DNA of 64,000 nt from an uncultured Chloroflexia bacterium (lineage in GTDB: Bacteria > Chloroflexota > UBA6077 > JACCZL01), in NCBI GenBank assembly GCA_963765765.1, contig CAVXYC010000032.1, positions 128,001 to 192,000 of the forward strand, given 5' to 3'. The notes beneath the pieces are model-generated. The model worked only from the letters and a program-made list of their open reading frames with translations. It did no database searches and had not been told where the DNA came from. Numbering within the stretch: position 1 is the stretch's first letter; every line of letters starts with the position of its first letter. A program made the translations under genes and the position numbers. Of this stretch, positions 62,049-64,000 are shown piece by piece.

Positions 62049-63991
62049 TCTGATGCCTGCTTGGGCGCCGCTGGTAGCGCGATCACCGCTGCCACACGCT
62101 CCCCCTGCCGAATTTTCGTGTCGGGCGGCGGCTCTTGACGAAGCACGGTGCCGGCACGGACGTCAGCCTGTGGCTGAACGTTGACTTCCCCGAGCTTTAA
62201 GCCCCGGTCCGCCAGATCGCGTTCCACATCGCCAATTCCTCGGTCCAGAAGTCGCGGCACACTGGTCCACGGCGGCGTTGCTATGGTGATGTCTATCGGA
62301 GTTCCCGGAGCTACTTCTCTCCCCGACCGGACGCTCTGGGCCATGATCGTGCCCCAGTCCTGACGGTTTGTGTCGTACTCATTCACCGTGCCAATAACCA
62401 GTCCTTTCGATGCCAGCTCTTGACGTGCAGACTCGACATCGCGTCGCAGGATGTTGGGCACCGGCACGGGTGGTGGGCCGTTGCTTACTAGAAGCTGAAC
62501 TGGCCGATCGCTGCGCAACAACGCTCCGGGCGGGGGATCCTGCCGCATTACCTGACCGGCCGGAACGGTGGGTGAAGACTCATCACGTAGCTTGAGCTGG
62601 AAACCGGACTGTGCTGCCAGGGTGCGGGCTGTGTCGGCTGAGGCGCCTTCGAACACTGGTGTGGCAAGGGTTGCTGGCGGATTGAGCAGCATCGGAACGA
62701 TGAGCGCAATTGACAGGATCAACGCCACCGCGCCGGCCGACAGCAGAACTCGGTCGGCCGGATGTTGACGACGATACCAGGCTACCGCCGATCGCGGATG
62801 CGGAGGGTGATGTTGCGAGAGATGCGTTCGCGCGTTCCTCATCGCCGCATCGAGATGTCTGTGCGAAGCGCGGCTGGCAGACACGGCTTGCCGTCCTAGC
62901 GCACTCGATTGCGCTCTTGCCCCGGCAAGAGTCGCGGTGGCCATGCCACGCAATCTCTGATCGGCCAACGGCACGGCCTGACGAATGGGTGCGACTGAGC
63001 TTACCTGGAGTCGGCGTGTTACGGACCTCTCGGGCCGTCGCACCGTGTCATGTCTGAAGGGAGATCCGCCCTCAGCTGATTGAGGAGGCATCGTCTTGTG
63101 ACCGAGCGCATCGGCGGAGCTCTCATTCAAGGCCAGCAAGAAGTCGCCGACCGATATAAAACGTCGCTCCGGATCGACGTTAAGCGCCCGTGAAAGTGCG
63201 GTATGCATACTAACGGGGATGTCGGGTCGCGCCTGACGGAGATACGCCAACAGGTCATCGGCGCATTGATCGGGCGAGCCCAGACCAGGCGTGTGCCAGC
63301 GTCCGACGAGCAGCTCCGCACCAATCAACGCGAGCGCATACTGGTCGGTGGGCTGACTGGTCAGATCGCGCTCACGTTGCTCAGGCGCCAGATACGCTCC
63401 CAGATCGAATTCGGCTGCAGCGACCGACGATTGTTGGAGATCCGCGACAGCGGCAACGCCGATGCCGTCCAGTTTGGCGCTGCCTGCGTCATCAAAACGA
63501 ATGCTGTTCGGCGAGATGCGGCCGTGGACGATACCTCGAACATGAAGAGCTTGTACCGCGGAGCCCACCTGGCCTAGCAACGAGACAACCTGCCAGCTTG
63601 GAATGGCTTGACGGGTGGGGAGACGCTGGCGGAGCTGACCACCACCGCAGTACTCATGAGCGGACCAACACAGCCCGTCGGTCGCGCCAACGTCGAAGAT
63701 GGTCACCAGGTTTGGGTGAAATAACGCCGCGGCTTGCCGCTCGGCCTCGAGGAACCGATCCACTAGTGTCGGCTTATCGGCCAGGTGCTCCTGCAGTACG
63801 GTGATGGCAAGTATCCGGTCGAGCGTGACGTCCCGAGCCATATACGTCTTCGCCAGGGGCTCATCCTCTATCTCACGCTCAAGGAGGAAGCGCCCTCGGA
63901 GAAGTGGAGCCTGCTCTGAGGAATGCTCCGGCTCGCCGGGAATTAGGGTGCGGGAATCACGTGGAGGCCCCGCCAGCTCGTGTGGAGTCAC
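62045..63991 (-). CDS. Transmembrane Ser/Thr kinase-like protein with three PASTA domains, predicted pseudokinase
   Basis: ARD..LDR, HPNLVTIFDVG, YLAPEQ, TDQYAL, DPERRF scaffold with catalytic motifs replaced; TM VLLSAGAVALILSIALIV; three PASTA repeats. The start lies close to the window edge. Confidence 0.85.
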   Translation of the reverse strand: MTPHELAGPPRDSRTLIPGEPEHSSEQAPLLRGRFLLEREIEDEPLAKTYMARDVTLDRILAITVLQEHLADKPTLVDRFLEAERQAAALFHPNLVTIFDVGATDGLCWSAHEYCGGGQLRQRLPTRQAIPSWQVVSLLGQVGSAVQALHVRGIVHGRISPNSIRFDDAGSAKLDGIGVAAVADLQQSSVAAAEFDLGAYLAPEQRERDLTSQPTDQYALALIGAELLVGRWHTPGLGSPDQCADDLLAYLRQARPDIPVSMHTALSRALNVDPERRFISVGDFLLALNESSADALGHKTMPPQSAEGGSPFRHDTVRRPERSVTRRLQVSSVAPIRQAVPLADQRLRGMATATLAGARAQSSALGRQAVSASRASHRHLDAAMRNARTHLSQHHPPHPRSAVAWYRRQHPADRVLLSAGAVALILSIALIVPMLLNPPATLATPVFEGASADTARTLAAQSGFQLKLRDESSPTVPAGQVMRQDPPPGALLRSDRPVQLLVSNGPPPVPVPNILRRDVESARQELASKGLVIGTVNEYDTNRQDWGTIMAQSVRSGREVAPGTPIDITIATPPWTSVPRLLDRGIGDVERDLADRGLKLGEVNVQPQADVRAGTVLRQEPPPDTKIRQGERVAAVIALPAAPKQASE

Positions 63992-64000
63992 GCCGATTAC

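Overview
A 64-kb, GC-rich, gene-dense bacterial chromosomal segment. The gene repertoire (several Rieske oxygenases, amidohydrolases, lipoprotein TctC binding proteins, plant-type thrC, core-MetE-like enzyme, GerW/YtfJ) suggests a soil or sediment Chloroflexota organism; that assignment is inference. About 60 coding regions cover catabolic and redox enzymes, transport, cell-wall metabolism (class A PBP, amidase, dapF, NagZ-like GH3), an OmpR-type two-component system, rpsT, ppa and aceB. Roughly 20 genes, including housekeeping ones, are split by single-base frameshifts, most simply explained by uncorrected long-read errors. No rRNA, tRNA, CRISPR array or prophage was found. The most notable observations are: (1) two translationally coupled transmembrane PASTA proteins whose PknB-like domains have lost the Gly-loop, VAIK Lys, HRD Asp and DFG, making them an apparent tandem pseudokinase pair; (2) at least five unrelated REP/REPIN-like palindromes plus a heptamer inverted repeat; (3) an IS630 element splitting an atypical receiver/RsbRD-N-like regulator; (4) a decayed hicBA toxin-antitoxin locus broken by an exact 17-bp tandem duplication; (5) several sharply truncated gene remnants. 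All family assignments come from motif recognition by eye, not database searches.
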